The translations under genes and the position numbers were made by a program. DNA of 63,375 nt, counting the filler, from Octopus bimaculoides (taxonomy: Eukaryota): assembly GCF_001194135.2 (NCBI RefSeq). It is 5 parts of 5 records of this genome, joined end to end, with 100 filler letters (N's around TTAATTAATTAA, not from the genome) between each part and the next. Parts side by side here need not be neighbours in the genome. Positions count along the whole stretch, not along the records: positions 1 to 19,003 come from NC_068981.1; 4 more parts are not named here. One strand, written 5' to 3'. Below the pieces are notes generated by a model. The model worked only from the letters and a program-made list of their open reading frames with translations, did not search any database and was not told where the DNA came from. Shown here one piece after another: positions 1 through 12,548 of the stretch. Position 1 is the first letter of the stretch; each line of letters opens with the position of its first letter.

Positions 1-31
<31 letters not shown>

Positions 32-487
32 TTATATATATAAATTGTATATATATATATATATATATATACTCACACACACACACACACGAATTTTGAA
101 GCGTGTTCAACGAATGAGAAGGGTGTGCACAATACCAATACTTGTTATAAAATATATGCGTTATTGAAATTTAATGTACATCTTACAACTTGAATTTCAT
201 AACACTGCGATCTTCACCTGCGTACTGATTCATTTATATCCGTTGGTGGATGCTGTCTTATGATAGCCTTTATTCAAAACTTTAATTCACTAAAATATTC
301 ATGAGCCATACAAAACTCTCCACCAGTGTGGAATCTTTCACTCTGACCAACTTCAAATTCTAAACATTTTATCCATTACCACTTAACTATGATATACACA
401 CAGCAAAAATCGCATGCAAACAACTGTTCAATACATGCACACAGAACCCGACCCACCTAGAGAAAACTCTTATCATAATATTCAAAT

Positions 488-956
488 TTGTGTTGTTGTT
501 GGCACTCCGTCGCTTACGACGTCGAGGGTTCCAGTTGATCCGATCAACGGAACAGCCTGCTCGTGAAATTAACGTGCAAGTGGCTGAGTACTCCACAGAC
601 ACGTGTACCCTTAACGTATTGCTCGGGGATATTCAGCGTGACACAGTGTGACAAGGCTGACCCTTTGCATTACAGGCACAACAGAAACAGGAAGTAAGAG
701 TGAGAGAAAGTTGTGGTGAAAGAGTACAGCAGGGTTCGCCACCATCCCCTGCCGGAGCCTCGTGGAGCTTTAGGTGTTTTCGCTCAATAAACACTCACAA
801 CGNNNNNNNNNNNNNNNNNNNNNNNNNNNNNNNNNNNNNNNNNNNNNNNNNNNNNNNNNNNNNNNNNNNNNNNNNNNNNNNNNNNNNNNNNNNNNNNNNN
901 NGCGATCCTATGACCGCGAGTCCGCTGCCCTAACCACTGGGACATTGCGCCTCCAC
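488..956 (-). mobile_element. tRNA-derived SINE family 1, copy A (gap inside)
   Basis: Reverse complement of 36300-36693; A/B-box head, (CAA)n tail. Confidence 0.9.
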
Positions 957-1509
957 ATTTATAACACACATAAAATACAAAGTCATCTTCAGACGGAAAT
1001 TGTTACCACTCGGTTTGGTAGAACATTTACATTCGTCGGTGTGGGTGCGGTTTCATGCTCGTGTTTATTTTTAGTCTTTTATTTTGCGTTTGGTTAGTCT
1101 GCTATAGTTACCTATTGAAAAACAACATATGTTCCCAAAAGATATAAACGGTTTCAAATCTTTCATTAGTCGGATTAATTGTTCGGAATATGAATTTGGT
1201 TTCTCTTAACAGTTATTTTCGAGTGAAGAGTTCTGTATGGCTGATTGATATTTAAGCTAATTTAAAATTTGAACTTACACAATCGTGGGACTGCACTCAT
1301 ATCAACTAATATAGATGTACTTGTAAATTACTTTGTTACGGTTCTCAAGGAAAGATCACAATTGCATGAAAGTCGAGTGACGAGATAAAAATTCAGTTTC
1401 CGTAAATCATAACACGTAATTCATAACATCTATGAAGACATTTTTCTAATTCATTCGACACGATTCAAATGTTGTGTGTGTGTATATATGTATATTCTTT
1501 AATTTTTTT

Positions 1510-1870
1510 ATTTGTTTTACTGATTTGACTGCGCCTATGCAGGAGCACCGCCTTTAGTCGAGCAAGTCGACCCCAGGACTTATTTCTTGTAAGCGTAGTA
1601 CTTATCCTATCGGTTCTTTTGCCGAACCACTAAGTTACGGGGACGTAAACACACCAATATCAGTTGTCAAGCGATGGTGGGGGACAAACACAGACACACA
1701 CACATACGACGTGCTTCTTTTAGTTTCCGTCTACCAAATCAACTCATAAGGCTTTGGTCGGCCCAAGGCTATAGTAAGAGACACTTGCTCAAGGGGTCAT
1801 GCAGTAGGACTGAACCCGGAACCATGTGGTTGGAAAGCAAGCTACTTACCACACAGCCACTCTCGCGCCA
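1510..1870 (-). mobile_element. tRNA-derived SINE family 3 (CORE-like)
   Basis: Sense head ggagtggctgtgtggtaag...gggttcagtcc; ccttgagcaagtgtc resembles the CORE motif gaccttgggcaagt; internal microsatellite. Confidence 0.88.
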
Positions 1871-2107
1871 TATATATATATGTATATATATATGTGTGTG
1901 GGAGTATGTGTGTGTGTATGTGTGTGTGTATGTCTGTGTGTATGTGTGTGTGTATGTGTTTGTGTGTGTGTAAGTACTCATGTACACTATACATAGAAAG
2001 AGAATGAGTGTGCGTTTGTGAGTAAGCTGAAACGAGATATAGTAGACCATAAGAATATATACATATATATATATATATATGTATAAATGTACGTGCATAT
2101 ATGCATG

Positions 2108-2910
2108 CATCGGCCCAGAAGCGTTTTCCTCTGTTCGAAGCACTGCTGGAACTCTTGCAAAGTAATGGCTTTTAACGCCTTCGGGTTTCTTTCTTCACAT
2201 CTTCCATATCCGCAAATTTCGTAGCGCCAGCTTCCGTTACCAGCAATGACCTTCGAAAACAGGTCAGGATCAATTTCTAACTGTTCTTTCAGTTAACGTC
2301 ACGCATTCAGACATGACTGATTTCGTGAGCCAGCGAGGCACAAATTTTGCTGCATTATACACAATTCCTCGCTGGAAATTATTGACAATTCCTCGTTGGA
2401 AATTATTCACAATTCCTCGCTGGAAATTATTGACAATTCTCCGTTGAAAATTATTCCCAGTTCCTCGCTGAAAATTCTTTGGCAGGAGCTCCAGGACTCA
2501 CCAATCATATCAACAAGTTTGTCAATTGTTCGGCGACGGTCCTCCAAGATCAGTTTATGAATTTTCCCGATGTTTTCATTCGTTCCGGAGGTTGACGGTC
2601 GCCCTGAACAAGGTTGATCTTCAAGCGGCAAGTGACCATTCTTAAAACGTGGAAACCACTCATAAATTTGTGTTTTGCTTATGGAATTTCACGGAGGCAC
2701 ATTTTCCCTTCTTTTTAGCCATCGCAAAAATTGCCGAACAGCACTGCAAAGCAAAGAGGCATCACGTGGCAGTACGACTTCAGACGACGACACCGGTCGG
2801 CAGATTGATGCCTGAAGATTGCATTAAGTGGCTTCTAGCAGCGGAAGCCAGAACTATAACGGACTTGTCCTACAGAGAACGTTTCCGGTTATTTTTGGGT
2901 ACCTACTCGT
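2108..2910 (-). mobile_element. Mariner transposon relic, internally deleted
   Basis: TIR-like acgagtaggtacccaaaaataaccggaaac at 2910. Minus peptide IYEWFPRFKNG..LEDQPCSGRPSTS...EDRRRTI, AAKFVPRWLT, then a C-terminal FADMEDVKK fragment. Confidence 0.85.
2361..2480. repeat. 24-bp minisatellite (~5 units) inside the mariner relic
   Basis: acaattcctcg(c/t)tggaaattatt(g/c) units at 2361, 2385, 2409, 2433, 2457. Confidence 0.92.
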
Positions 2911-3004
2911 TCATACACGCATACGCAAATTGCATATGCTGACACATACACGTGCACACGCACGCTGACAGATGTATGTATGGTGTGTGTGTGTNNNNNN
3001 NNNN

Positions 3005-3061
<57 letters not shown>

Positions 3062-3348
3062 AGGGGAGAGAGAAGGAGAGAAAGAAAATAGTTCGCATGC
3101 TACCACTGACTTACTGGCAATTTATGTGTAAAACAAAATAATTCTAAAGCCTGAACAGTGCAATTAAATAGAATACAGACGCTTGTAGGTACTCTAGCTG
3201 TATTGCAATCGGTAACTCAGCGACCTAGCCTGTATTGTATTCATGTTCTCATCTTTTAGTTCTTTATCAAATTATTGATTTTAAGATGTATATAATAAGT
3301 AACAAATACATTTGAATACATTGATGTTATTGGCAGAGATACAGGGAT

Positions 3349-3481
3349 AACCGTGAGATCAAGGAGCTCGCTTTGTAAGCACCACGTTTCGCGTCAGTCC
3401 CACTGCGCGGTATGTCGGGCAAAGGTCTTCTACTATAACGCCGGCCGGCCAATGCTTTGTGAGTGAATTTGGAAACTGTGT
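3349..3481 (+). mobile_element. SINE family 3, degenerate fragment
   Basis: cagtcccactgcg...gggcaaaggtcttctactata...tgtgagtgaattt. Confidence 0.55.
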
Positions 3482-3492
3482 GAATGATACTC

Positions 3493-3558
<66 letters not shown>

Positions 3559-3559
3559 A

Positions 3560-3762
3560 ATTTTATTTAAAAGAGTTCCAACTCTGTTTTTTAAGTTTTT
3601 TATTTATATTCTTGTAAAATTTATGTGGGATATAGAATATGGAATATATAATATATAATATAAAAAAGGTGGATGGTACAATGAAATGAAGTATTGAATG
3701 TCTTATTGAATATATGGAATATGTCTTATTGAATATATGAAATATTGAGTGTTCAATATAAA
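3560..3762 (+). repeat. Unclassified AT-rich dispersed repeat, copy 1
   Basis: atttaaaagagttccaactctgtttt...gtgggatatagaatatggaatat...tgaaatgaagtattgaatgtcttattg shared with 34420-34585. Confidence 0.85.
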
Positions 3763-5209
3763 NNNNNNNNNNNNNNNNNNNNNNNNNNNNNNNNNNNNNN
3801 NNNNNNNNNNNNNNNNNNNNNNNNNNNNNNNNNNNNNNNNNNNNNNNNNNNNNNNNNNNNNNNNNNNNNNNNNNNNNNNNNNNNNNNNNNNNNNNNNNNN
3901 NNNNNNNNNNNNNNNNNNNNNNNNNNNNNNNNNNNNNNNNNNNNNNNNNNNNNNNNNNNNNNNNNNNNNNNNNNNNNNNNNNNNNNNNNNNNNNNNNNNN
4001 NNNNNNNNNNNNNNNNNNNNNNNNNNNNNNNNNNNNNNNNNNNNNNNNNNNNNNNNNNNNNNNNNNNNNNNNNNNNNNNNNNNNNNNNNNNNNNNNNNNN
4101 NNNNNNNNNNNNNNNNNNNNNNNNNNNNNNNNNNNNNNNNNNNNNNNNNNNNNNNNNNNNNNNNNNNNNNNNNNNNNNNNNNNNNNNNNNNNNNNNNNNN
4201 NNNNNNNNNNNNNNNNNNNNNNNNNNNNNNNNNNNNNNNNNNNNNNNNNNNNNNNNNNNNNNNNNNNNNNNNNNNNNNNNNNNNNNNNNNNNNNNNNNNN
4301 NNNNNNNNNNNNNNNNNNNNNNNNNNNNNNNNNNNNNNNNNNNNNNNNNNNNNNNNNNNNNNNNNNNNNNNNNNNNNNNNNNNNNNNNNNNNNNNNNNNN
4401 NNNNNNNNNNNNNNNNNNNNNNNNNNNNNNNNNNNNNNNNNNNNNNNNNNNNNNNNNNNNNNNNNNNNNNNNNNNNNNNNNNNNNNNNNNNNNNNNNNNN
4501 NNNNNNNNNNNNNNNNNNNNNNNNNNNNNNNNNNNNNNNNNNNNNNNNNNNNNNNNNNNNNNNNNNNNNNNNNNNNNNNNNNNNNNNNNNNNNNNNNNNN
4601 NNNNNNNNNNNNNNNNNNNNNNNNNNNNNNNNNNNNNNNNNNNNNNNNNNNNNNNNNNNNNNNNNNNNNNNNNNNNNNNNNNNNNNNNNNNNNNNNNNNN
4701 NNNNNNNNNNNNNNNNNNNNNNNNNNNNNNNNNATATAGATAGATAGATAGATACATATACATGCACATACATATGTTCAAATACACACATACATTGTAG
4801 GTTAAACACACTTTTATCATCTCATTACCAAATCTGATTGGTAGCAAGGCAATATAAGTTTACAAAAAAAAACAAAAAGCATAAAAATGAAGCCTGTTGT
4901 GGCGTGATTGACAAATACATTCTGATAATATTTAGTATGGTTGTTACACGTATCTCAAGGAATAATTGGTTTCTATTATTGCATCATGGCCATGGTGTGG
5001 TGTGGCTTCGTTGGACTTAGTTAATCGTTCGAACCACAATTACTTAGTCTCAGACTAATTTTCTCCTAATTTTCTTTAAGGATTGCAGATGTAACCATTT
5101 GATTTAAAAGGACGAAGCGTTTTAAATAGTTGTATATACACACAGATATATTTACATCACACACATACACACACGTACACACAAACACGCACAAATACAC
5201 ATACACACA

Positions 5210-5249
<40 letters not shown>

Positions 5250-6023
5250 CACTTAAACGCATAAGAACACTTAGATATACTTGCATATATACGACGGTCT
5301 TAACGTGATGGTATAGTAGATTCTCCTTCTCGGTAGAAATATAATACAAATGAATGACCCTAGACCTCTATGTAGAGTATCAGCATACAATGTACTATTA
5401 GTAAAATGGTGTGGTTAATACTGTACATAGTAGTATTTCTGATAATTTTATGCAGAGAAAATACATGATATGTATAATAAAAGCATGATGCAATTTATAG
5501 CATTTGTTCTTTACGGATATTTCGTCATTGTGTATATTTTTGAACTATATCAACATCATATAATAATGTGTTCTCCTAAAGAACTGTTGTTGATATTCAT
5601 GTATTTGAACTATGAACGCCGACTGTAGAGGAAGCAAATAAGGAAACAAATCGTATAAAATGCATCATGTGTTTTTTTATACCTTTTCCTATGTATATGC
5701 CTGTGAGTGCTGAAATTTCTTTTACTGGGCTTTAAAAAAACTGAAGAACTGCCGCAATAAGTGTGTGAATCTTAGATGGGAATATGTTGAATAAAATCAT
5801 AATTAACTGATCCTCCCGCATTTTCTTTTACCCAAAGCCTGGAAATTTTCAGCACCCTCTCATAGATATGTATATGTAAGCATGTATGTGTGTATAGGAA
5901 TGTATGCGTGTGCGTATGAATAAAGTTACATGTCTGGTTTTCACGTTTTTTATTATTGTATATTTAAACATTTTACAGTGCTGAAGTGTGTTAAACATTA
6001 AAAAAATATTTAGTAATACTCTT

Positions 6024-6294
6024 TTACTCTTTTACTTCTTTCAGTCATTTGACTTTGGCCATGATGGAGCACCACCTTTAGTCGAGCAAAACTACCCCAG
6101 GACTTATTCTTTGTAAGCCTAGTACTTATTCTAGCGTTCTCTTTTGCCGAACCGTACCAAATCCACTCACAAGGCTTTGGTCGGCCCGAGACTAAAGTAG
6201 AAGACACTTGCCCAAGGTGCCACGCGGTGGGGCTGGACCCGGAATAATGTGGTTTATAAGCAAGCTACTTGCCACACAGCCACTCCCACGCCTA
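6024..6294 (-). mobile_element. SINE family 3, internally deleted
   Basis: Head and tail present, middle including the microsatellite missing. Confidence 0.85.
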
Positions 6295-6349
6295 TACACA
6301 GCCACTTCTACGCCTATTGTTCATAATGTTCATAATGTTCATGAAGTTC

Positions 6350-6387
6350 AATTAGCGCTTTTATACGTTCGTAGTAATCATCAGATT
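6350..6387 (-). ncRNA. Minimal type-I hammerhead-like motif in inverted PLE pLTR (degenerate)
   Basis: Minus strand aat CTGATGA ttac tacgaac gtat AAAA GCGC T A att. Palindromic AGCGCT stem III, but G12 is changed to A. Confidence 0.45.
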
Positions 6388-7149
6388 TCCAAATGTATTG
6401 ACTGACAACTGAGTTGAATGTTTGACAACTGTAGTAAAATGACTGACTTCTTCCGTTTAATACCTTTTAGAAGGCTCCGACAAGCTGAAGTTTTCGAATA
6501 TGTTTTTTGCCAATCAAGCATAGCTGAGAAAATGAAAGATATTACAAAAGAAGTAAATCAAGACATTTATGGCAAAAGAAACAATTGTTCCTTGATAAAT
6601 ATGCTTCAAACTACGGTAATGACACCTCAGTACCACGCAAAAGAAATATAAGGAAGCAACCTAACCAACACAACATACATGAAAGTACGAGGCAACAAAA
6701 ACAGTCAACAACAAAGAATAACAGTAATTTAAAAATACAAAGAGACATACCAATACACGCAACATACAAGAATACCATAAACAAAACAAACATTCCTTTG
6801 ATCAAGATGTTAATAAACAAAACAATTATTCATTTGATCAATATATCAGAGGAAGAAAAACCGGAAGAAATCACATTCAAGACTTCAACTAAAATCACCT
6901 ATTAGAAACAGAACAAAAAAAAACATAGTGGACCGTCAAATAAACTTCCCCAAAAAATTTCACATACTGAAATTATAAATAATACACCCATACCTAGGAA
7001 GAAGAGAAAAACATACCTAACCAAACACCACAACCAAAATACGAAGCTCACCAGAGAAAAGATATTAATAATAGAAGAATAAATAATAGACAAAATAATA
7101 TATTTTTAGGGTCAGGATAGCAAACACCTGAGAAATATAAAAAACAAAG

Positions 7150-9300
7150 AAGAAACACCTGTGGAACAATTGATAGGATAGACCCTAAAATTATTAATCT
7201 GTCAAAAAGAAATATAGACAGTGAAGAACTTCAGTTATTGATGAAAGGACTGAAATTCACACTTACACCTACAGTCAACCATCAGGAATTGGAGGAAGAT
7301 ATCTAAAACCTTTTTTTCGGAAATACGATTTGTGAAGTTTTTTACTGATAAAAAGAATGAGAATGACGAATCCTTGGCGAAAAATAAATCAAAATTTAAC
7401 CCACTAAGAGGATGAAATACACACCTAGATCAGTTCATTGATATCCTCTCCATATTTCCACTGAGGCATAATATCAAGGTCAGACCAAACATTTCAAAAC
7501 TAGAAAAGTCCGCTCTTATACGTCTTAAAAACGACAGCTGAATTGTCATCAAACAAGCGGATAAAGGGGGTGCCAATGTTATAATGGATACAGAATATTA
7601 CCTGGATATAGCTGAAGATCAATTGAAAGATGCAACATTCTACCGTGAAAAACTCGTAAATATTGATCACCACATCATGGAAAAACTCAATTATTTTGTC
7701 TTAAAACATTAAAACTCTCTCACGCCTAATGAAAGGGACTACATTACCAATTTTGAGTCGAAATCCAGCAACTCCTACGGCTTACCTAAAATGCATAAGT
7801 CAGAAGAAATACAAAATGCTATAAAAAAATAAGGTAGTGAATACATAAAACTGGTACAACCAAAAGACCTTAAACTAAGACCCATTATCGCTGGTCCAGC
7901 ATGTCCAACACATCGCCTGAGCAACCTCATTGGCATTATCCTAAAACATCTATGTAACCACATATCCTGTTTCATTCGGGATGACATTGATTTCCTGTCA
8001 CATCTGCCCAAAGCAACAGAATCCTATTCACTGGTAGTTTTGATGTAACAAACTTATATATGATAATTCCACATGATTTGGGAATTACTGCCATCAAATA
8101 TTGGGTCGAGAAACATAGAGAAGTGATCCACAGTAACCTTCATACTAGACGCGGTCAGCCTCATCCTCGAAAACAATACATTCCTTTCCAACGGAAAACT
8201 ACCTCCACATTCGCGGTACAGCTATGGGGCACAATTTGCTCCAGTTTTCGCGAACTCAGTATTGGAATACTTGGAACAAAACCTATATCAAAAATTGAAG
8301 AAAACTATGGCATGGCCTTTAGAAGGCATATAGAGGACACATGGAACAGATACCTCGATGATTGTTTCCTAATTTGGACCCAATCCCTAGATAATCTGGA
8401 AGAATTGAGCTCCTTCCTCAACAATCTGCAATCTAAACTCAAATTCACAGGAGAAATGAGCAATACACAATTACCATTTCTTGACATAGCAATAACAAAC
8501 AGCACAACACTCACAATTGATATTTATTACAAAAGCACAGATACTCACCAGTACCAGAACATCAAATCTTGCCACTCTAAACACACGAAACGCAACATCC
8601 CGTACTGTCTAGCCAGGAAAATTTGGACTATAGTAGATGATCCAAATACTAGGACATACGACTTATATAACGAGCAAAAGTCATATCTTTAAAACAACTT
8701 AGGGCAACACAGAACACAATACAATTTCTAGAAACACACAATCTGCGTCACCAAAACATTTTTAGCATCAAAACAAATTTTCCAATCATGAAACAAAATG
8801 GAAACTTTAAAAAAATATAACTAATCAAACACTTATCTTAAGCAAAAGGCAGCCACATAACCTAAAGAAACTGTTAACATAGGCAAAATTCAACATGAAC
8901 AAACAAGATAAAACATTCACAGTGTCCAAGTGTAATGATAACAGATGTGGAAGTGTCAATACATGCATACTGGTAGATTTATTTGAACAAAAAAGGGTCA
9001 GATCTTCACAAATGCACGTATGAACTGCAAAAGTAGAAATTTGATCTACTGCATTAATTTCCCTAACTGCGAGGAACTATACATTGGCGAGACAGGGAAA
9101 GAATTAACGAAAAGCTCCTGATTTCACAGACAACAAATCTGGAACAATAATGTTCGCCAAATTCCATTGAGCGAACGTATAGAAATTTGTGGTCAAAAAT
9201 GTTTCTAATTGTTTCTTGTCACAAACTACATGACATAAACGAGGTTGGAAGAAAGATAAAAGAAAAATGTTTCATTAAAATGTTCAAACCTGTTCTGAAC
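7150..9300 (+). pseudogene. PLE reverse transcriptase (~7150-8700) and GIY-YIG endonuclease (~8900-9300), frameshifted
   Basis: RT motifs as above. The EN region reads KCNDNRCGS...MNCKSRNLIYCI..PNCEELYIGETG. Multiple stops and frameshifts. Confidence 0.88.
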
Positions 9301-9604
9301 GGAAATAACAACAATGATATAACAACCAGATAATGATGTGGATTAAAAAAATATCTTTAACATATGAATATGAATAAATTACAGAAGACGTCCACCTATT
9401 GAAATAAAAACGATCGAGACCAACTAAGTTTTCTCACTCATAAAACCATTACATGTAAACCGCAAGTTAATTGGTTAAAATAAAGGGGGATCTATGCTAG
9501 TAATATCGGTGCGCCCAACAAACCGTGACGTATAAAAAGGAAGAAATCAGTCATTTTACTACAGTTGTTAAAAGTCAATTCAGAGGTCAGTCAATACATT
9601 TCGA

Positions 9605-9642
9605 AATCTGATGATTACTACGAACGTGTGAAAGTGCTAACT
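9605..9642 (+). ncRNA. Minimal type-I hammerhead-like motif in 3' PLE pLTR
   Basis: aat CTGATGA ttac tacgaac gtgt GAAA GTGC T A act. Core CUGAUGA/GAAA/UH present, near-palindromic stem III, weak stems I and II. Confidence 0.55.
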
Positions 9643-9674
9643 GAACTTTATGAACATTACTAAATATTTTTGAA

Positions 9675-9823
9675 AAATACATTATTTACATTTGACGGAT
9701 ATTTGTCTTCATCTTGTTTGTTGCTAACACAGAGTTTCGGCTGATATACTCTGCAGCCTTCATCAGGTGTCTTAGGGAAATTTCGAACCTGGGTTCTCAT
9801 TCCTAAGGTATTTTTCGATGCTA

Positions 9824-9878
<55 letters not shown>

Positions 9879-10010
9879 GTTCACGTTACTGCATGCAGAG
9901 TATATCATCCGAAAAGTTGTGTTAACAACAAACAAGATGAGGACAAATATCCGTCAAATGTAAATAATATAAATAATGTACATAATTCTTCATCTCTCAA
10001 ATATAGAACT
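9675..10010 (-). mobile_element. Non-autonomous PLE-type element with inverted arms around an (ATT)n tract
   Basis: 9678-9755 and 9894-9975 are inverted copies. The spacer carries a hammerhead core on the minus strand. Confidence 0.7.
9726..9771 (-). ncRNA. Minimal hammerhead ribozyme, family 2 (stem III mutated)
   Basis: Minus strand gacac CTGATGA a GGCTG cagagtatat CAGCC GAAA CTCT gtgtt. Perfect 5-bp stem II and ACAC/GTGT stem I; U16.1 position changed. Confidence 0.65.
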
Positions 10011-10118
10011 GTATTTTTTAAATATTTATCACACTTCAAATCTTTTAGAAATACAATAATAAAAAAACGTGAAAACCAGGCCATGTTGTAACTTTATTCA
10101 ACTGATATATTTGATTGA

Positions 10119-10494
10119 TGGCACTCCGTCGGTTACAACGACGAGGGTTCCAGTTGATCCGATCAACGGAACAGCCTGATCGTGAAATTAACGTGCAAGT
10201 GGCTGAGCACTCCACACACACGTGTACCTTTAACGTAGTTGTCGGGGATATTCAGCGTGACTCAGTGTGACAGGGCTGACCCTTTGAATTACAGACCCAA
10301 GAGAAACAGGAAGTAAGAGTGAGAGAAAGTTGTGGTGAAAGAGTACAGCAGGGTTCGCCACCATCCCTGCCGGAGCCTCATGGAGCTTTAGGTGTTTTTG
10401 CTCAATAAACACTCACACCGCCCGGTCTGGGAATTGAAACCGCGATCCTATGACCGCGAGTCCGCTGCCGTAACCACTGGGCCATTGCGCCTCC
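10119..10494 (-). mobile_element. SINE family 1, copy B
   Basis: Full-length match to the other copies. Confidence 0.9.
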
Positions 10495-11709
10495 CAACTG
10501 CTATATTATTCCATACAGATTTAAACAAATTCGGGAAAATATTTTCCTGGGGCTAAAAAAGGAAGTAACATCATTCTAACCAGGACTGCCACTTTACGTT
10601 CGCAAATAGATTTTACTCTGTAGTAACGTTACTACTTACTTCTCGCTCAGAGATTTAAAACTAATTGTTTTTGCACCAATTCTGCAAACCATTGGGGTAT
10701 TTGGATGCTTAGAGACAAAAGTGTAATTTTAACGTCATATAGAAATTGAAACGATGACAGCTACAAGGACAGCTAAAAGGTGAAAAAAAATTCTCTGGAT
10801 GAAAAATATAGATTGTTAGGAGATTTAAGGAAAATTATATTAAAATGGTAAGAAAAGAAAAATAAGTAAAACAACACAAATCTCTGAGAAATCCATAGCA
10901 CAGAGGGATGAGATAATCTACGTAACAGCCATAAAGGCAGAGAACACAGAAGAGCCGGCCCCGTGTGGGTGATGCTGGTTTTAATTATTTTCTGTTCATG
11001 GTTAGTTCTGTAATCACGAAAAGGAACAAAAGAAATACAACGGGTAACTGAATAGTATGATATAAACAATTATGTTGTCGACAAAGACCTCTTTGGGCAA
11101 TAATCGTACTTTCCCTCTATTTGAAATAGATTTTTTCACAGACAAAAAAACAAACAAAACAAAACAAAACAAAAAGGACCGTCGGCATGTAAGTTCGAAA
11201 CGTGTTGGGGTTACTATGGGGTATATTATCAACTATCTGTGAACCAATGCAAAAAGAGAGGACATAAACGCTAAATAGTCCGTACGCTATCATGAAAGGT
11301 AAACGACGAAAAGAGTGAAGGCAGTTAAAACAGATACCAGGGGAGAAAAATTTTTGATACAAAACAAAAAGATTTAGAAGCTGACTCAAAGAACAATAAG
11401 CTTATGAATTAGTTTGACATACTCGTGGGTTTAAGAAAAAGTTAATCGCTATTCCGCACTCTTGTCAACATCTTCCTCAAGCTGAGTAATTGGTTTGATA
11501 TACACGATCTGAGACAAGGTAAAGTGCAATTCGTACTCTCTTCAATCTTGTTCTGGAATTTGCCATGTCAGAATCCACAAACGTACACTAAAGTCTGACA
11601 ATCACTGACAACTTCTTCAAAGCTTTTAGATGCTTTGACGATACAACTCTAGTATCCTCGGTTTTTGACAAATTGAAAATATCCACTAATATTATAAGGC
11701 TTGTAAGGC

Positions 11710-11917
11710 AGTGAGCTAGTAGAACCGTAAGCACTGCCAGGCAAACTTTTTAGCGGCATTTCGTCCATCTTTACGTTCTGAGCTCAAATTCCGCAGGGTT
11801 GACTTAGTCATTCTTCTTTTCGGGGACGATAAAGTAAGTACCAGTTGCGTGCTGGAGTCGATGATATTGACTTAACAACTCTCCCAAAATTACTGGCCTT
11901 GTGCCAAAGTTTGAAAT
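11710..11917 (+). mobile_element. tRNA-derived SINE family 2, diverged copy
   Basis: gagct....gaa..gt.agca...ttacgttctgag.tcaaattccg...ggccttgtgcc pattern. Confidence 0.8.
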
Positions 11918-12548
11918 ATGAGACTTGTCAAAATAGAGTATAAAACTGACTGGCACAAAACTTAAGAACTTGTATCTAACAATGATATAATGACAGTTCA
12001 CGGTTCCGAGATAGGACATATAGAGTTTGTGGAAGGAGGAGTATTACTGGTATTTAAAGATTTCGGAACAATAGTAAGCACGCAGGAAATTAGATAATCC
12101 AAAATCAACGAATGTGACGAAGTTAGGTTGTACAACGTCCTTACTCTCGCTACCGAAGTCAACACTTAAGAATCATGTCACCTCGAATCTTAAATCGGCG
12201 GTTGTGATATAAATGTATACGACGCAGGTGCATAAATTCTTCCGCAAGAAAGTATCTTCATGCGACATATACCATTTCCAGGGAGATCAAAATGGAGAAA
12301 CTGAAAGTTCGGATGCATAATAACAAGCTGCACAACGAAGTAGCAGCACAGTCGCTTTTGGCATGATTCTCAAATGCGAGACCATCTAGTAATAGTAAGT
12401 GAAGATACAGCATATGGAGAACCTAATTAAGGAAAGTGGTGATAGTTCATCTGACTGGAAAGAACTTGGATCTGGGGAGGAGGGAACACTCTGAATGTAC
12501 ATACATACATACATACATACATACATACATACATACATACATACATAC

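Larger units (their letters stand above)
6331..9660 (+). mobile_element. Penelope-like element (PLE), decayed, with inverted 5' pseudo-LTR copy
   Basis: Broken ORF with PLE motifs (IINLSKRNI, KGLKF, IVIKQADKGGANVIMD, YGLPKMHK, LRPIIAGP, YLDDCF, DIYYKSTD) and a GIY-YIG region. 6331-6458 is the reverse complement of 9536-9660. Confidence 0.92.

Noticed and set aside
2361-2480. 24-bp repeats as a CRISPR array
   Set aside because: Contiguous units without unique spacers, no cas genes, eukaryotic context.
11450-11660. Minus-strand SCIVKASKSFEEVVSDCQTL as a C-type-lectin-like exon
   Set aside because: Only a loose resemblance; neighbouring frames stop and no consistent exon chain was found.
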